From: a virus
Virus record (IMG/VR): IMGVR_UViG_3300027365_000011
Coordinates: 1-64,000 of that record
Strand: one strand, 5' to 3'
Length of the DNA: 64,000 nt
The notes under the pieces are model-generated. The model had not been told where the DNA came from, did not search any database, and saw only the letters and a program-made list of their open reading frames with translations. The translations under genes were made by a program, and so were the position numbers. Within the stretch, counting starts at the first letter, position 1; the number at the start of each line of letters is the position of its first letter. Positions 47,601 to 56,103 of this stretch are shown in pieces.

Positions 47601-49016
47601 GAGAAGGGGCGCATCGACATCGACGCCAAGCGGCTGATGCAGGGCGGCGAGTACCTGACCACGCTCGACGGCCAGGTGATTGAAGCCGGTCAGTGTTACG
47701 AGACGCCCCGCGGGATGCTGATGAAGGTCAGCGCCATCGATACCGCCTCGGGTTCTGTCACGCTCAAGTCGATCGACATGCCCAACGTGCCGGCCTCCCG
47801 GGAGGCGGCGAACAAGCTGGGCGGCTACAAGCGCGTCGAGATGAGCGAGGAAGCCATCGACCAGCGCATCCTGAGCCGTGGCGGCTGGCGCTACCATGAG
47901 CTGGCCAACTACCGCGTCGATGCCGCCTTCCTCCGCGAGAACGCCGGCCGACTGGTGCGCCAGTGTGTCGATCGCCGCCTGCTGATGGTCGATGACGACG
48001 GCGAGCTGCACGCCATGGAGCTGGGCGACGCCGAAAAGGCCGCCGAGGCCGGCATGGGCATCGCCAAGCCCCGCCCGAGCGATGCCGAATGGCACCGCCG
48101 CGCCAGCGCCGCACTGTTCGCGGGCCACCGCCAGGCCCCCAGCTTCGGGCGCTCGGCCATCGATCGCTTCGGCCGCGCCCTGCTGGGTGATGACTGGCTC
48201 AAGGCGGCCACCGACGCCTTCGGCAACCCGCCCAGTGATGCCGATGTGGCGGCCACGTTCGGCGAGATCGCCAGCCAGGAATGGCAGGCCTACCAGGACA
48301 ACAAGCTGGACGTGCTGGCCGACATCATGGAGCGCGTGCAGGGCGACGCCGGCGCCAGCATCATCGACAGCGAGATCCAGCGCGCCGTGTCTCGGGCCAC
48401 CGCCAACTACAGCCGCTACCGGACCAAGCACCGCCTGAGCAGTGCCGCCCGTCAGTCGCTGGTCGAGGCCGGCTATGACGTGACCGACGCCACGCTGGAG
48501 GACGCCGCCCGGTCCCATGCCGAGCAGCTCGACCAGCGGGTCGAGGGCGACGCCCAGACCGTGGCCGACAACATCAAGGCGATGCGCGACAAGCGGGCCG
48601 AACAGGCCGCCGCCGACCGCGAGGCCGCCGCGGCCGAGGGCGCACAGATGGCCGCCGATGCGGTCCCCGAGACGCTGCGAGAGCGGCTGGACGAGCTGGG
48701 CATCGAGGTCAAGGTGAACACCCAGCCGATGAGCTGGAAGCCCAAGGGCGGCGGCAAGCGCCCGGCGAAGGGCATGTCGATCGAATCCGAGGCCGGATCG
48801 CGGCTGATGCTGTTCGACCCCCAGGGCTACGGCGGCCCCTTGTCCCAGGCGCTTTCGGGACGCAACAATCCGTTACAGAAGCGATACAATGCGGTCTGGA
48901 CGATCTTTGAACCCGGCACCGTTCGCATGAACCTGATCCCCGGCAAGGGCGATCTGTGGTGGCACATGCCGCTGGACGGGCTCGACTTCGACGCACTGAT
49001 GGAGGCCTTCGAGTGA
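41652..49016 (+). CDS. darB: DarB-like N6-adenine methyltransferase-SNF2 helicase fusion containing an intein
   Basis: LEPSTGAG, GNVPF, GLGK/T, DEGH, LTATP, QQRNGRG.RQGN motifs; followed by ulx. Confidence 0.9.
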   Translation: MTQQILERATQGPLDAALGSARQASTFGQLIGALSTLADALGDTDTADALQGQMQYGLRKRGQQARKAINAKTREILARVDGDPDALSDADRDVLRQYSGRGGIADDNSLSEYYTPQPIAEGVWDALKANGFENGNVLEPSTGAGVFLATKPAGTKVSGAEIDPTSSSVAALLHPDDDVSNQSFEQLCATAKDNTYDSVVGNVPFGDARGKWAKFDPEYQDIKEMERYFITRAIDKVRFGGLLCLIVPPNIVSKRSKTFTRWRRDISRKAEFLGAHKLPSGTFGGANGNGTDTVVDVLVMRKHSRELTNRIPDLTTDALTGANVYWDQFIEGRWFERDGKRFVHGEIVEGFRTQVKSEIDNAGLKRLLARKFDSRIDFAALDSAETVTRNYQDGDRRVIGMQMHELAGGEWVKVDAADGVYRDGALDAERYGAASQEELTGILGGEPAGALALSHRQAANAVNGRFADAASGAIRNAVRLADQADEGVRERVYRAALVGNEVNRYARAVSETGQADDAARERLQRLVTAEVEQYGNPSRSTALRQVSGPGASDVGAFMRSVRRDGGFSDLLTGKRDGSRGEAVDTTDPADVLRFLAASQGNGAVTLDDVKAMYSGDRALTIESLAESDAIAVTADGHLQPMEHFASGNVVSKIARLREALAGELSPALADKFRGQIDEMNRRRTFTDVDDIDFSLRGKWFDRELVAEFLNARGYDFVRYDATRGQFTNGRFGTKPERFNKQLLNFLNGQTVRSKDAQATAEYKQQIRDLADEFGTWMRQRDDIDELVARYNDAFNDHVPVEYDGSDLGLENVADWITPHDYQAAGVRRLSDEGRGVLAFDVGLGKAQPMDAKILTPDGWRRMGDIAAGDMVMAADGTPTRVTGVFPQGEKEIFEVVFSDGAVTRCCDEHLWLTQTEKDRKKERYSRRKGLERSEPGTVKPLSEIRDTLVYQTQKNHRIPMAAPAQMPERDVLIDPYVMGVLIGDGALSHTAITFTPGDDEIAERVSRIIANAGTPVEVRQRAKQAGKATTYGISRLSNTIPNVYHDELQRLALMGSMSHEKFIPDEYKLGSIEQRTELLRGLMDTDGYVSKDGVTVQFSSTSAALAGDVRELAQSLGGIAWTSSREPTYTHNGEKRQGRTSYTVSMRLPAALNPFWLARKAERVRPRTKYQPVRYITEVNPVGRELAQCISVEHSEHLYVTDDYIVTHNTLSALSLAQYNAQKGRAKRTCITVPKAVLENWYHESRQFHKSMGHVLFVGFTPKMKGGEVEREPVLDAEGNPKVGRNGEVQYRDVLLEDSAETIFEKMNDIPQTSKTLVVMSRERFGMIPMRPESREAYADKMVSKNLLRDSEAASLAQGEDVKLGRGGSYDEAKQTERYQQKFNDDGTRKQDAYPFFEDMGFDSVIVDEGHEYKNTYQAGGDTQRLAYLPTPQPSKRALDMAMKMDHLRGRNQGAGPVMLTATPVTNSPVEVYNMLSHIVPSEQFEQMGISNVDDFVDTFCEVTEVQRTKLSGEVVTEEGVAGFKNLDGLRSIFHRYTNMKSAQDVNDEANSLKIPDHTEVHASVDMTAEQARIYEQLREEADNANQEVVKQAEDGSVTLEDARPVFAIIRDMDRITTDMDLYLHTMTFTLPAGQREAVDRLVADLPARINRRLRDEETGEMETVPVELDETLSLTEDGDTLTLVVHELYESEVVKRLKKVGIDEKDVAHPVMPKYAKLLENLRSDHENGGKQIVFTEEKSQHDKLKRIIVHHLPIEAKEIGIINADTAGGDKLEKISSDYNTGKVRIVLANRKAEVGVNLQKGTTAIHHLTLPWTPASIQQRNGRGVRQGNTVSNVNVIYYMGKGSFDGYRLDMLKRKANWINDLFFGDAARADNANAGSDEDVSVMLAANPEEQRRRIAEAREQKEQQARERANKRATIDLTNYQKHKAFLAGYDAAEQRAVDNARERGRSEDDARARMQKKRDKAQGELRQIEGRLTTAQEKGRIDIDAKRLMQGGEYLTTLDGQVIEAGQCYETPRGMLMKVSAIDTASGSVTLKSIDMPNVPASREAANKLGGYKRVEMSEEAIDQRILSRGGWRYHELANYRVDAAFLRENAGRLVRQCVDRRLLMVDDDGELHAMELGDAEKAAEAGMGIAKPRPSDAEWHRRASAALFAGHRQAPSFGRSAIDRFGRALLGDDWLKAATDAFGNPPSDADVAATFGEIASQEWQAYQDNKLDVLADIMERVQGDAGASIIDSEIQRAVSRATANYSRYRTKHRLSSAARQSLVEAGYDVTDATLEDAARSHAEQLDQRVEGDAQTVADNIKAMRDKRAEQAAADREAAAAEGAQMAADAVPETLRERLDELGIEVKVNTQPMSWKPKGGGKRPAKGMSIESEAGSRLMLFDPQGYGGPLSQALSGRNNPLQKRYNAVWTIFEPGTVRMNLIPGKGDLWWHMPLDGLDFDALMEAFE
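44187..45278 (+). mobile_element. Ala-starting (class 3-like) intein with LAGLIDADG homing endonuclease
   Basis: GLGK|AQPMDAKILTPDGW...DEHLW...GVLIGDG...RGLMDTDG...AQCISV...VTHN|T; 364 aa. Confidence 0.9.
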
Positions 49017-49453
49017 CCATTTCCCGCTTTGACCCTGCCGACCTCGAGCGCCTGATTGCCGAGGAAGTCGGCAGCGAGGATTTCCTGACCGACTACCTGG
49101 ACGGCGTGGCCCGCACCCTGGACGCCCAGCCGGAGACCTATCGGGGCTTCGGCCCCTACTGGTGGCCGCTCAAGCGGCTGCTGATCGACGCCGGGCACTC
49201 CCAGTTCGGCGACACCGTGGACGATGCCGAGACGGCCGACGCGCTGACCTACGACCGCCCTGCCCTGACCGCGGCGGCGGCCTACACGTTCGCCGAGCAC
49301 GCCCGGGGCGCGGGGATGCAGTTCAGCCCCGCGCACACGATTGCCCGCGAGGATGGGGAGCTGGACACCTACCTGATCGCCGATGAAGACATCGAGGGGC
49401 CGGTCATCGCCCGGCAGCTCGTCCAGCAAGGGGGCACCGATGGCGCGGACTAA
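49013..49453 (+). CDS. ulx: Ulx-like protein
   Basis: YRGFGPYWWPLKRLL...YDRPALT; GTGA-coupled to darB. Confidence 0.8.
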   Translation: MTISRFDPADLERLIAEEVGSEDFLTDYLDGVARTLDAQPETYRGFGPYWWPLKRLLIDAGHSQFGDTVDDAETADALTYDRPALTAAAAYTFAEHARGAGMQFSPAHTIAREDGELDTYLIADEDIEGPVIARQLVQQGGTDGAD

Positions 49454-51203
49454 GCGCAAGGCCAAGGGCAGCGTCTGGAGCCAGATTTTCGGGGCGAGCC
49501 GCCCCGATGACATGGACACCAGCCCGCTGTCCGTGCAATCCGGCGGCACCGCCAGCACCACGCCCGGCGCCGGGGCCAACTCGCTGCTCGATGATGTCGA
49601 GAAGGGCCTGGAGAGCCAGCGGGAGGCGGTGAAGTCCGCCCCCGATGGCAACCTGCTGATCCGGCGGATGCCGGTCTACCGGCTGGAGAAGTACGCCACG
49701 CTGCGCACCATGGCGAAAGACCCGACGATCGACAGCGCGCTCAAGATGCACATTTCCCAGGCGCTCGCCGCCAAGCCGGACACCGGCGAGATCGTCACCA
49801 TCGAGAGCCGCGACGGCAAGGACGACGATGCGGTCGTCCAGGACCTTCGCGAAACCTTCAAGTCGATGCTCAACAACAACCTGGAGAAGTGGGCCTACGG
49901 CGCCGCCCTGCTGGGCTGGCAGCCGTTGCGGGTCTACGGCAAGGAAGGCGTGGGCGTCACCCAGGTTCGCCACGACTACTACACCCTGCCCGACTTCACC
50001 AGCCGCTTCGAGCGTGTCGGCAACCTGGCCGGCTTCGCCAGCGCCTGGCAGCAGCTCACCGGGCAGGAGAAGTCCAAGGGGATGCTCCGGCTCATGCCGC
50101 CCTGGTCCTACGTCGAGATCAAGATGCCCAACTGGGGCCTGGACCACTTCAACCGCGAGCCCCACCGCCACAACGGCGACGTGTTCAGCATCGACAACGA
50201 GGACTGGGAAAACGAGGGCTATATCGAGTCCCAGGACTACGGCACCAGCCTGGTCGAAACCGCGTATGAGCCGTGGGTCGACCTGCAGGAAGCCATCCTC
50301 TCGCTCAACATGAGCCGCAAGAACGCCGCCAACGTCGAACGCCTGATCGGCGTGCAGACCGGCAAGCTCAACCCGCAGAAGGCCGCCCAGTACCTCAACA
50401 CGATCGGCGAGCAGATGCGCAAGACCAGCCAGGCCCAGGCCGAGCACAGCTTGCGCAAGGGCTACGTCCAGACCGTGTGGAACCACATCATCCCGATTTT
50501 CTCGACCGGCCAGGGCCAGCTCGACATTTCCACCGTCGAGGGCAAGCCGGACATCGCCGAGATCGAGGACATCAAGTTCCACGTCAACCGGCTGGGCAGC
50601 GCGGTGGGCGTGGAGCCCTCGCTGCTGGGCTTCGGCGAGCAGATGAGCGGCGGGCTGGGCGACGGCGGCTTCTTCCGCATGTCGGTCATGGCGGCGATGA
50701 AGTCGGCGATGATCCGCACCGCGGTCGAGAACATGATTCACCGGCTGTTCGAGATCCATGTCGCCTACAAGTACGGCAAGGTCTACAGCGATGCCGAGCG
50801 CCCTTGGAAAATCAACTTCCACTCGCTCAACACCGCCATCGCCCGGGAGCAGTCCGAGGAAGCCGAGCGCCATGCGCAGCTCGCGACCACCATCACCAGC
50901 CTGTTGCAGATGATCGACCCGATGCTGGGCAACGTCGAGCCCAACGCCTACCAGCGCTGGCTGCTGGCGGACCTCATCAAGATCGATGACGCCAAGGTCG
51001 AGGAAATGCTGGCCAAGATCGACAAGGCCAAGGGCGACCCGAACGCCGGCCAGGGTCCGGGTGGCGGCCCGCCCGGGGCCGGTGGAGCCCCTGGGGGGCC
51101 GCCGGGGGCGATCAACGAAGACGCCCGCGACACGCACGATGACCACTTCAAGGCCGCCGTCTACGAAGCCGTTTCCGAATTTCTGATGGAGAATGCCGCA
51201 TGA
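49440..51203 (+). CDS. prt: Portal protein (P1 Prt-like)
   Basis: ESQDYGTSL; LLGFGEQMSGGLGDGGFFR; precedes the protease gene. Confidence 0.85.
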   Translation: MARTKRKAKGSVWSQIFGASRPDDMDTSPLSVQSGGTASTTPGAGANSLLDDVEKGLESQREAVKSAPDGNLLIRRMPVYRLEKYATLRTMAKDPTIDSALKMHISQALAAKPDTGEIVTIESRDGKDDDAVVQDLRETFKSMLNNNLEKWAYGAALLGWQPLRVYGKEGVGVTQVRHDYYTLPDFTSRFERVGNLAGFASAWQQLTGQEKSKGMLRLMPPWSYVEIKMPNWGLDHFNREPHRHNGDVFSIDNEDWENEGYIESQDYGTSLVETAYEPWVDLQEAILSLNMSRKNAANVERLIGVQTGKLNPQKAAQYLNTIGEQMRKTSQAQAEHSLRKGYVQTVWNHIIPIFSTGQGQLDISTVEGKPDIAEIEDIKFHVNRLGSAVGVEPSLLGFGEQMSGGLGDGGFFRMSVMAAMKSAMIRTAVENMIHRLFEIHVAYKYGKVYSDAERPWKINFHSLNTAIAREQSEEAERHAQLATTITSLLQMIDPMLGNVEPNAYQRWLLADLIKIDDAKVEEMLAKIDKAKGDPNAGQGPGGGPPGAGGAPGGPPGAINEDARDTHDDHFKAAVYEAVSEFLMENAA

Positions 51204-52189
51204 CCCAGCAAGTCACCCTGTCCTTCAACCTGTTCGACTACGGGCGCCACGTCGAGGGCAACTTCCGCAAGTACGACGTGGACAACGTGCGCCAGACACT
51301 CGCCTCCCCCGCGACGCGCGAGCGCCTGCGCCTGCGCGAAGCGGTCGGCTACCTGGGCCACGGCCGCCGCCAGATCGCCGGCAAGCTCGACGTGGGCGAG
51401 GTCGAGACGATCCAGACCCCGAGCGGTGCCATCGTGGTCGAGAACGTCCCCGCCTGCGTGACGACGGACGTGTCGATCGAGGATGACGGCACCATCCACC
51501 ACACCCAGGACGTGCTCGACACCGACCCGGGCAAGGTCGTCCAGGCGCTCATGGAGTCCAAGGTGGGCGGCTTTTCGTGGGCCACCGGCGGCCGCGACGG
51601 GCGCCGCGGCGGCACGACGCTGCTCAACTCGTTTCACGGCTTCGACTACGTGATGACGCCGGGCTACGCGACCAATCGCAGCTACGCGATTCTCGAGTCC
51701 GCCAACCAGGTGGCCGATGAGCGCGAGCAGATTTTCGAGGCCATGCGGTCCTGCGGGCTGGACGCGGAAAAGGCCCGGCTCTACACCGACACCTTCACCA
51801 GCCCGTACCTGGCGGCGGCCGACATGCAGGCACGCCACGACGAGATTCTGGAGGCCCTGGGCAGCCGGGAAGGCCGCATCGCCGAGCTGGAGGCCGAGCT
51901 GGAGGCCGCCCGCCAGGCGGATGACGTGCGCGCCGCGCGGCTCACGGAATGGGCCAAGGAGTACCACGTCGCGGTGCCGGATCATGTCCTCGAGGCGATC
52001 AAGGGCGGGGATTTCAGTGCCGAACGGGCCTTCTTCGAGTCCGTGGCCCGGGTCGAGCGCCACAAGGCCGGCGGCCTGCCCCTGGGCGGCAATCCGGAGC
52101 GTCCCGAAGCGCCCCGCCCGCGCGGGATGCGCCGCCACGACGACCCGCCGGTGTACGGGTCCGTCGCGGCCGCCCCGACCTTCGACTGA
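51200..52189 (+). CDS. pro: Prohead protease (P1 Pro-like)
   Basis: GYLGHGRR; GGFSWA.GG; FHGFDYV..P. Confidence 0.85.
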   Translation: MTQQVTLSFNLFDYGRHVEGNFRKYDVDNVRQTLASPATRERLRLREAVGYLGHGRRQIAGKLDVGEVETIQTPSGAIVVENVPACVTTDVSIEDDGTIHHTQDVLDTDPGKVVQALMESKVGGFSWATGGRDGRRGGTTLLNSFHGFDYVMTPGYATNRSYAILESANQVADEREQIFEAMRSCGLDAEKARLYTDTFTSPYLAAADMQARHDEILEALGSREGRIAELEAELEAARQADDVRAARLTEWAKEYHVAVPDHVLEAIKGGDFSAERAFFESVARVERHKAGGLPLGGNPERPEAPRPRGMRRHDDPPVYGSVAAAPTFD

Positions 52190-52207
52190 GCGCCCTGCCC
52201 CACCACG

Positions 52208-52232
52208 AAACCCCGGCCAGGTGCCGGGGTTT
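52208..52232. terminator. Bidirectional terminator between convergent units
   Basis: AAACCCCGGC-CAGGT-GCCGGGGTTT. Confidence 0.7.
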
Positions 52233-52251
52233 GCTATGCTCCAGCGAGGGC

Positions 52252-52875
52252 TTACCCTCCGGGTTTCGGTTGAAGGCGGATTGCTAATGCGTGCCCGATA
52301 CTTGAAGGAACTCCGGTTAGGCGGATTGTGTCAACAGCCTCCTCGCCTTCAATCTCGCTTTCAATAGGCTCAGGCTTTCCTTTCCAGCACCACTCGCCGC
52401 TACCCTTGTCCATTAGGGCCGAAAACCCCTCTCCAAGAAGCAAGTCAATAAATCCTTCAGCCCACCTCATAATGCACTCGTCAAGCGATCCAGAAAAGCT
52501 TTGGAAACTGCCGGCCACCTTCATATCCCGAAGTTCATCTTCGGCATCATTGGCCCCAAAAGTTGCGGGAGGGACAAAAGGCCGATCTTTAACCTCATGG
52601 ACGTATGAAGTTATGTCGCCTACAAGCCACCCCTCTCTCAGTTTAACTCTCTCATTCCCGTGATTCTGGTAAGTCTCAGAAAAAACCTGGATTCCGATAA
52701 CAGGCAGCTTTGACCTTCCCTCAAAAACGCTTTCGCACTCGCCACACCTAATTACGTACGCATCCATCCCATTGTCCGAAAACGCTTTGCTGCGAACAAC
52801 AGAAAGCATTTGCTCGCCGCAATCAGGGCACGGCTTATCTTCTTCACCAAGTATTTCTCTGAAAGCGTAACTCAT
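52252..52875 (-). CDS. Low-GC hypothetical protein with N-terminal Zn ribbon
   Basis: CPDCG...CGEC; upstream AAGGAG-like RBS. Confidence 0.65.
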   Translation of the reverse strand: MSYAFREILGEEDKPCPDCGEQMLSVVRSKAFSDNGMDAYVIRCGECESVFEGRSKLPVIGIQVFSETYQNHGNERVKLREGWLVGDITSYVHEVKDRPFVPPATFGANDAEDELRDMKVAGSFQSFSGSLDECIMRWAEGFIDLLLGEGFSALMDKGSGEWCWKGKPEPIESEIEGEEAVDTIRLTGVPSSIGHALAIRLQPKPGG

Positions 52876-52905
52876 ATCTCCACTCCTTCACTTATTTGCG
52901 AGCGC

Positions 52906-53322
52906 TTACCCGTCCCACTTTTCTACAAGCCTCTTGGCGTCTGCGCCGCTGGACTCGCTCGGCCAGCAACCATGCTTTTTGAAGAAAGCCGACCTCTCAT
53001 GCTCTCGCTTTCTCCATGCCATGGTTCGGCATTCGATACATGCGTCGTCTGTATTTCTCTCATTCCTGATGGCCTTCGTACTCCTGGCCTCATAGGCGCC
53101 ACACACGCAGCGTACCAGCCACTTTTTGGGTATATCTCTTAGAAGGCCGATAACCCTTAGCTTTCCAAAGGTGTGTCCCCTCAAGTCAGGAATGTTTGGC
53201 GCGTTCGCAGGGAGCCCCCTAGTTGGCTGCGGAGTTGCCCAATGGCGTCGGTGTTCAGTCTTTTTCTGATAGTCCAGAAAGCTGTATGAAAAACCCTTAC
53301 TGGCCACCCTTCGAGCAGTCAT
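52906..53322 (-). CDS. Zn-binding protein with HNH-associated N-terminal motif
   Basis: DLRGHTFGKLRVIG...WLVRCVCG...CIEC; no clear nuclease domain. Start uncertain. Confidence 0.55.
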   Translation of the reverse strand: MTARRVASKGFSYSFLDYQKKTEHRRHWATPQPTRGLPANAPNIPDLRGHTFGKLRVIGLLRDIPKKWLVRCVCGAYEARSTKAIRNERNTDDACIECRTMAWRKREHERSAFFKKHGCWPSESSGADAKRLVEKWDG

Positions 53323-53411
53323 GTTGACAGGGATTGCTAGAATTGGAGATTCTTTCGGCACCCAGATCACCTTGATTTCATCTGTCGAGCATGTTTTTAA
53401 TGATTCTAGGG

Positions 53412-53612
53412 CTACTCCTTTCCACCCGCCTGCCTTCGCTCCAGTGCATCGACGGTCAGCAGCCAGCCGGCAGCGTGAATATCGCCGGCATCGGCCGCTT
53501 CGCGCAGGGTGCGGCGGTATTCGCGCAGCCGCGCGGGGCTGGGAAGGGCATTCTTCGAGCCTTTGGGTCGGCCACGGCCGGGCGGCGGAGTGATGGGGGT
53601 AGGGTTGGCCAT
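53412..53612 (-). CDS. Small basic protein (GRPKGSKN motif)
   Basis: GAGGTG RBS; strong promoter upstream. Confidence 0.6.
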   Translation of the reverse strand: MANPTPITPPPGRGRPKGSKNALPSPARLREYRRTLREAADAGDIHAAGWLLTVDALERRQAGGKE

Positions 53613-53645
53613 AAAGCGACACCTCAGTGCGTGTATGTCCGGGAG

Positions 53646-53674
53646 AAATTACCTCGCAGGTAATAAATTGTCAA
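53646..53674 (-). promoter_or_regulatory. Sigma70 promoter overlapped by an operator
   Basis: TTGACA-17-TAATTT on the - strand; TTACCTCGCAGGTAA at 53649-53663. Confidence 0.75.
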
Positions 53675-53739
53675 AAAAATGGCATTCCCCAGGCAAATAG
53701 ATTGCTTTACTGGCTTTCGCTACTAGGTGAGCGCCCACG

Positions 53740-53766
53740 AAAAACCCCGCCGGATGGCGGGGTTTT
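53740..53766 (-). terminator. Rho-independent terminator of the stb-like operon
   Basis: AAAAACCCCGCC-GGAT-GGCGGGGTTTT. Confidence 0.75.
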
Positions 53767-53783
53767 CAGGTCGCTCGAGAGTG

Positions 53784-54095
53784 TCAGCCATTCAGGCCAA
53801 CCCGGATCAGCGTGACGCCTTCGCCATCGGCGATCAGATCGTTCCAGGTCAGGTCGACCGCATCACCACGCAGCCCGCAGTGCTCATCGAGGGCGTCCTT
53901 CTCGATGAGCGTGAACTCATCGTGACCGAAGGCGCACTCACCCGGCATGAGGTCAAGCTGCACGACTTCCTCGGCAGCCGCCTCTTTCTCCCACTCGCTC
54001 AAGAGGGCGTCGCGCCGGCCTTCGGTATCCGCGACGATGGCGACATCGGCAAAAGAGAACTTGGAAGCGGTTGTGGTGGTCCAGATACGGCTCAT
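53784..54095 (-). CDS. Small acidic hypothetical protein
   Basis: GGGAGA RBS; 103 aa. Confidence 0.6.
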   Translation of the reverse strand: MSRIWTTTTASKFSFADVAIVADTEGRRDALLSEWEKEAAAEEVVQLDLMPGECAFGHDEFTLIEKDALDEHCGLRGDAVDLTWNDLIADGEGVTLIRVGLNG

Positions 54096-54165
54096 GGGTC
54101 TTCTCCCGCGATGGTGAGTCCGAGCCCCGGCTGTCACCGGGGCTCTCTGCTGCGTTGTGCGGCCG

Positions 54166-55014
54166 TCAGGCGTCCGCCTTGGCCTTCCCCTTCCCTTGGG
54201 CGCTATCGGCGTCCTTGCCACCCTTGGCGGCCTGTGTGATGGCACGCAGATCGAGAATCTTGTCCAGGTTCTCGAATTGGGTGCTCAGGTAGTCGCGCAT
54301 CTTGAGCGAATCGGACACCACGCTGTTGAGCATGGCCATTTCCTCCCGGCGGCCGGCATCGCCGCGGGTCTTCTTCATCGCCTCGCGAAGCTGGCCCTTC
54401 AAGTCCTCGCCCTGCTGGGCAATCTCCCACACGCTCATTTTCAGCGTGCGCGACAGCGGGAAGGCGTTGTCGGTGGGCAGGATGATCGGGCCGTCCAGCT
54501 TCTCGCGATCGAGCAGCGCGAAGGCGTCGGGCATCCGGCGGCGCACGGTGCGAACGTCGGTGCTGGTGGTGCGGGTCATGACCATCAGGATCTTGCCGGC
54601 GTAGTCCGGCATCAGCTCGCGCACATGGTCGAGCGTCTTCTTGGCGTTGAGCACGTCCTGACCGGGGCCGCTGACCGGGACGACGATCATGTCGATGAAG
54701 GCATCATAGCCGCGGGCGCCGATGTGCTGCAGGGCCATGGCGCTGGTGCGGTTGCCGCCGATGTCGGCGACGACATAGGCATCGTCCGTCCGGGCCATCA
54801 GCTCATCGATGGCGAACTCGGCATCCACTTCCTGACCGACCCGAACGCGCTCGGAATGGATGGCGCTATCGGTGAAATCGGCGCTATCGTGATTCTCGTC
54901 ATCCAGCTCGACCACCGCCGCCTTGCCGGTGCGCTCCAGCACCCAGGGCGCCAGCAGTTGCATGGACGTGGTGGACTTGCCGCTGCCGCCTTTCGTGTTG
55001 ATAACCAGGATCAT
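54166..55014 (-). CDS. StbB/ParA-like P-loop ATPase
   Basis: VINTKGGSGKST..QLLAP; VADIGG; IDMIVVPV. Confidence 0.75.
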   Translation of the reverse strand: MILVINTKGGSGKSTTSMQLLAPWVLERTGKAAVVELDDENHDSADFTDSAIHSERVRVGQEVDAEFAIDELMARTDDAYVVADIGGNRTSAMALQHIGARGYDAFIDMIVVPVSGPGQDVLNAKKTLDHVRELMPDYAGKILMVMTRTTSTDVRTVRRRMPDAFALLDREKLDGPIILPTDNAFPLSRTLKMSVWEIAQQGEDLKGQLREAMKKTRGDAGRREEMAMLNSVVSDSLKMRDYLSTQFENLDKILDLRAITQAAKGGKDADSAQGKGKAKADA

Positions 55015-55017
55015 GGG

Positions 55018-55494
55018 TCAGTCTCCGCTCTCGTTTGTTTCTAACGCCTTCCCGTTCGAGAAGTCGCTCATGCTTTTGGCCATGTCATCGATATTCAGGC
55101 GCTTTGCCTGACGATTCGCGTCATCCTTTCGGACGGTTTCTGCCGTTTCCAGCGTGGGGTTGATCGGCACCCTTTCCGGCTTTTTCCGCGCCGCTTCCGG
55201 TGGCGATCCCCCCACATCATCCCCGCTCATGATGCGTTCCGCCGTGACCTTCTTCGCGTAGTAGCGGGCATATTCCTCGGGGAACTCATCAATCAGGAAC
55301 TGCCTGACCGTCTCCCGGCGCCGCGTGATTTCCAGCGGCTCAAGCAACCGCAACAGGTGCTTGATCGGGATTCCCTTTTCGATCAGCGGCGCCAGGTCTT
55401 CCCGGATATAGCGCAGCTTCACGCTTGCCCAGCTCGACACGCCGTTGATCTCGGCTTTACGGGGCAGCAAATGCTCAAGGTTTTCGTCGGTCAT
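55018..55494 (-). CDS. StbA-like DNA-binding protein
   Basis: KLR.I.ED...LIEKG.....L..L pattern; directly upstream of the ATPase and downstream of the repeat array. Confidence 0.55.
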   Translation of the reverse strand: MTDENLEHLLPRKAEINGVSSWASVKLRYIREDLAPLIEKGIPIKHLLRLLEPLEITRRRETVRQFLIDEFPEEYARYYAKKVTAERIMSGDDVGGSPPEAARKKPERVPINPTLETAETVRKDDANRQAKRLNIDDMAKSMSDFSNGKALETNESGD

Positions 55495-55562
55495 CGCGAC
55501 CCCCTTTGTCGACTGCCCATGCAGTCTAGCTCACCTTTTCATATTGCATCAAGTGTAATATC

Positions 55563-55810
55563 GCGCAAACCGCGCACGAAACCCGAGCAAAACCCGAGCG
55601 AAAGCCGCGCATCGCCCAAAACGCGCGCAAAAGGCGTGCAAAAGGCGTGCAAAAGGCGAGCAAAACCCGAGCCATAGCGTTGAAAGCGGGCGCGCAAAAT
55701 CCGCGCAAAGGGCGAGCGAAACCCGAGGTGCCGCCCATTGCACGCGCAAAACCCGAGCAAAAGGCGAGCAACCGGGCAGGGCAGGGGCGAGCAAAACCCG
55801 AGCAAACCAC
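55563..55810. repeat. 11-bp phased direct-repeat array (centromere-like)
   Basis: Roughly 15-20 exact or degenerate units of GCAAAACCCGA, GCAAAAGGCGA and GCAAAAGGCGT, many tandem at an 11-bp period. Confidence 0.85.
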
Positions 55811-55836
55811 GCGCCACCGCCGAGCGAGCGCCCACG

Positions 55837-55860
55837 AAAAAGGGCTCCCGAAGGAGCCCC
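55837..55860 (-). terminator. Rho-independent terminator
   Basis: - strand GGGCTCC-TTCG-GGAGCCC followed by TTTTT. Confidence 0.8.
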
Positions 55861-55881
55861 TTGTGACGATTCGCTGGTCGA

Positions 55882-56103
55882 TCAGCGACAGGCCGTGTCG
55901 GCAATGTCACGCCAATCTGGCGTCCCTGTGCGCTGATTCATGGGGACATTATGGCGCTGTTCATACTGCCATTGGGCCACGTCCTGACAATACTGGTCGG
56001 CCTGAATTTCATGCAATTCCGGCCCCTTTTGCCCGGCGAGTGCCAGGCCGATCAGGCTGGCGGACAGGGCGGCGGCGATGGCGATGGCAATCAGCTTTTT
56101 CAT
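55882..56103 (-). CDS. Small secreted/membrane protein
   Basis: MKKLIAIAIAAALSASL signal; AAGGAG RBS; promoter TTGCAT-17-TATCTT. Confidence 0.7.
   Translation of the reverse strand: MKKLIAIAIAAALSASLIGLALAGQKGPELHEIQADQYCQDVAQWQYEQRHNVPMNQRTGTPDWRDIADTACR

Noticed and set aside
45084-48518. 1144-aa minus-strand ORF and similar long antisense ORFs (19857, 36236, 49404, 62264)
   Set aside because: These are antisense shadows of well-supported genes, expected in high-GC DNA, with no recognisable motifs.
55563-55810. Possible CRISPR array
   Set aside because: Units are 11 bp, tandem and degenerate, without unique spacers; no cas genes are present.
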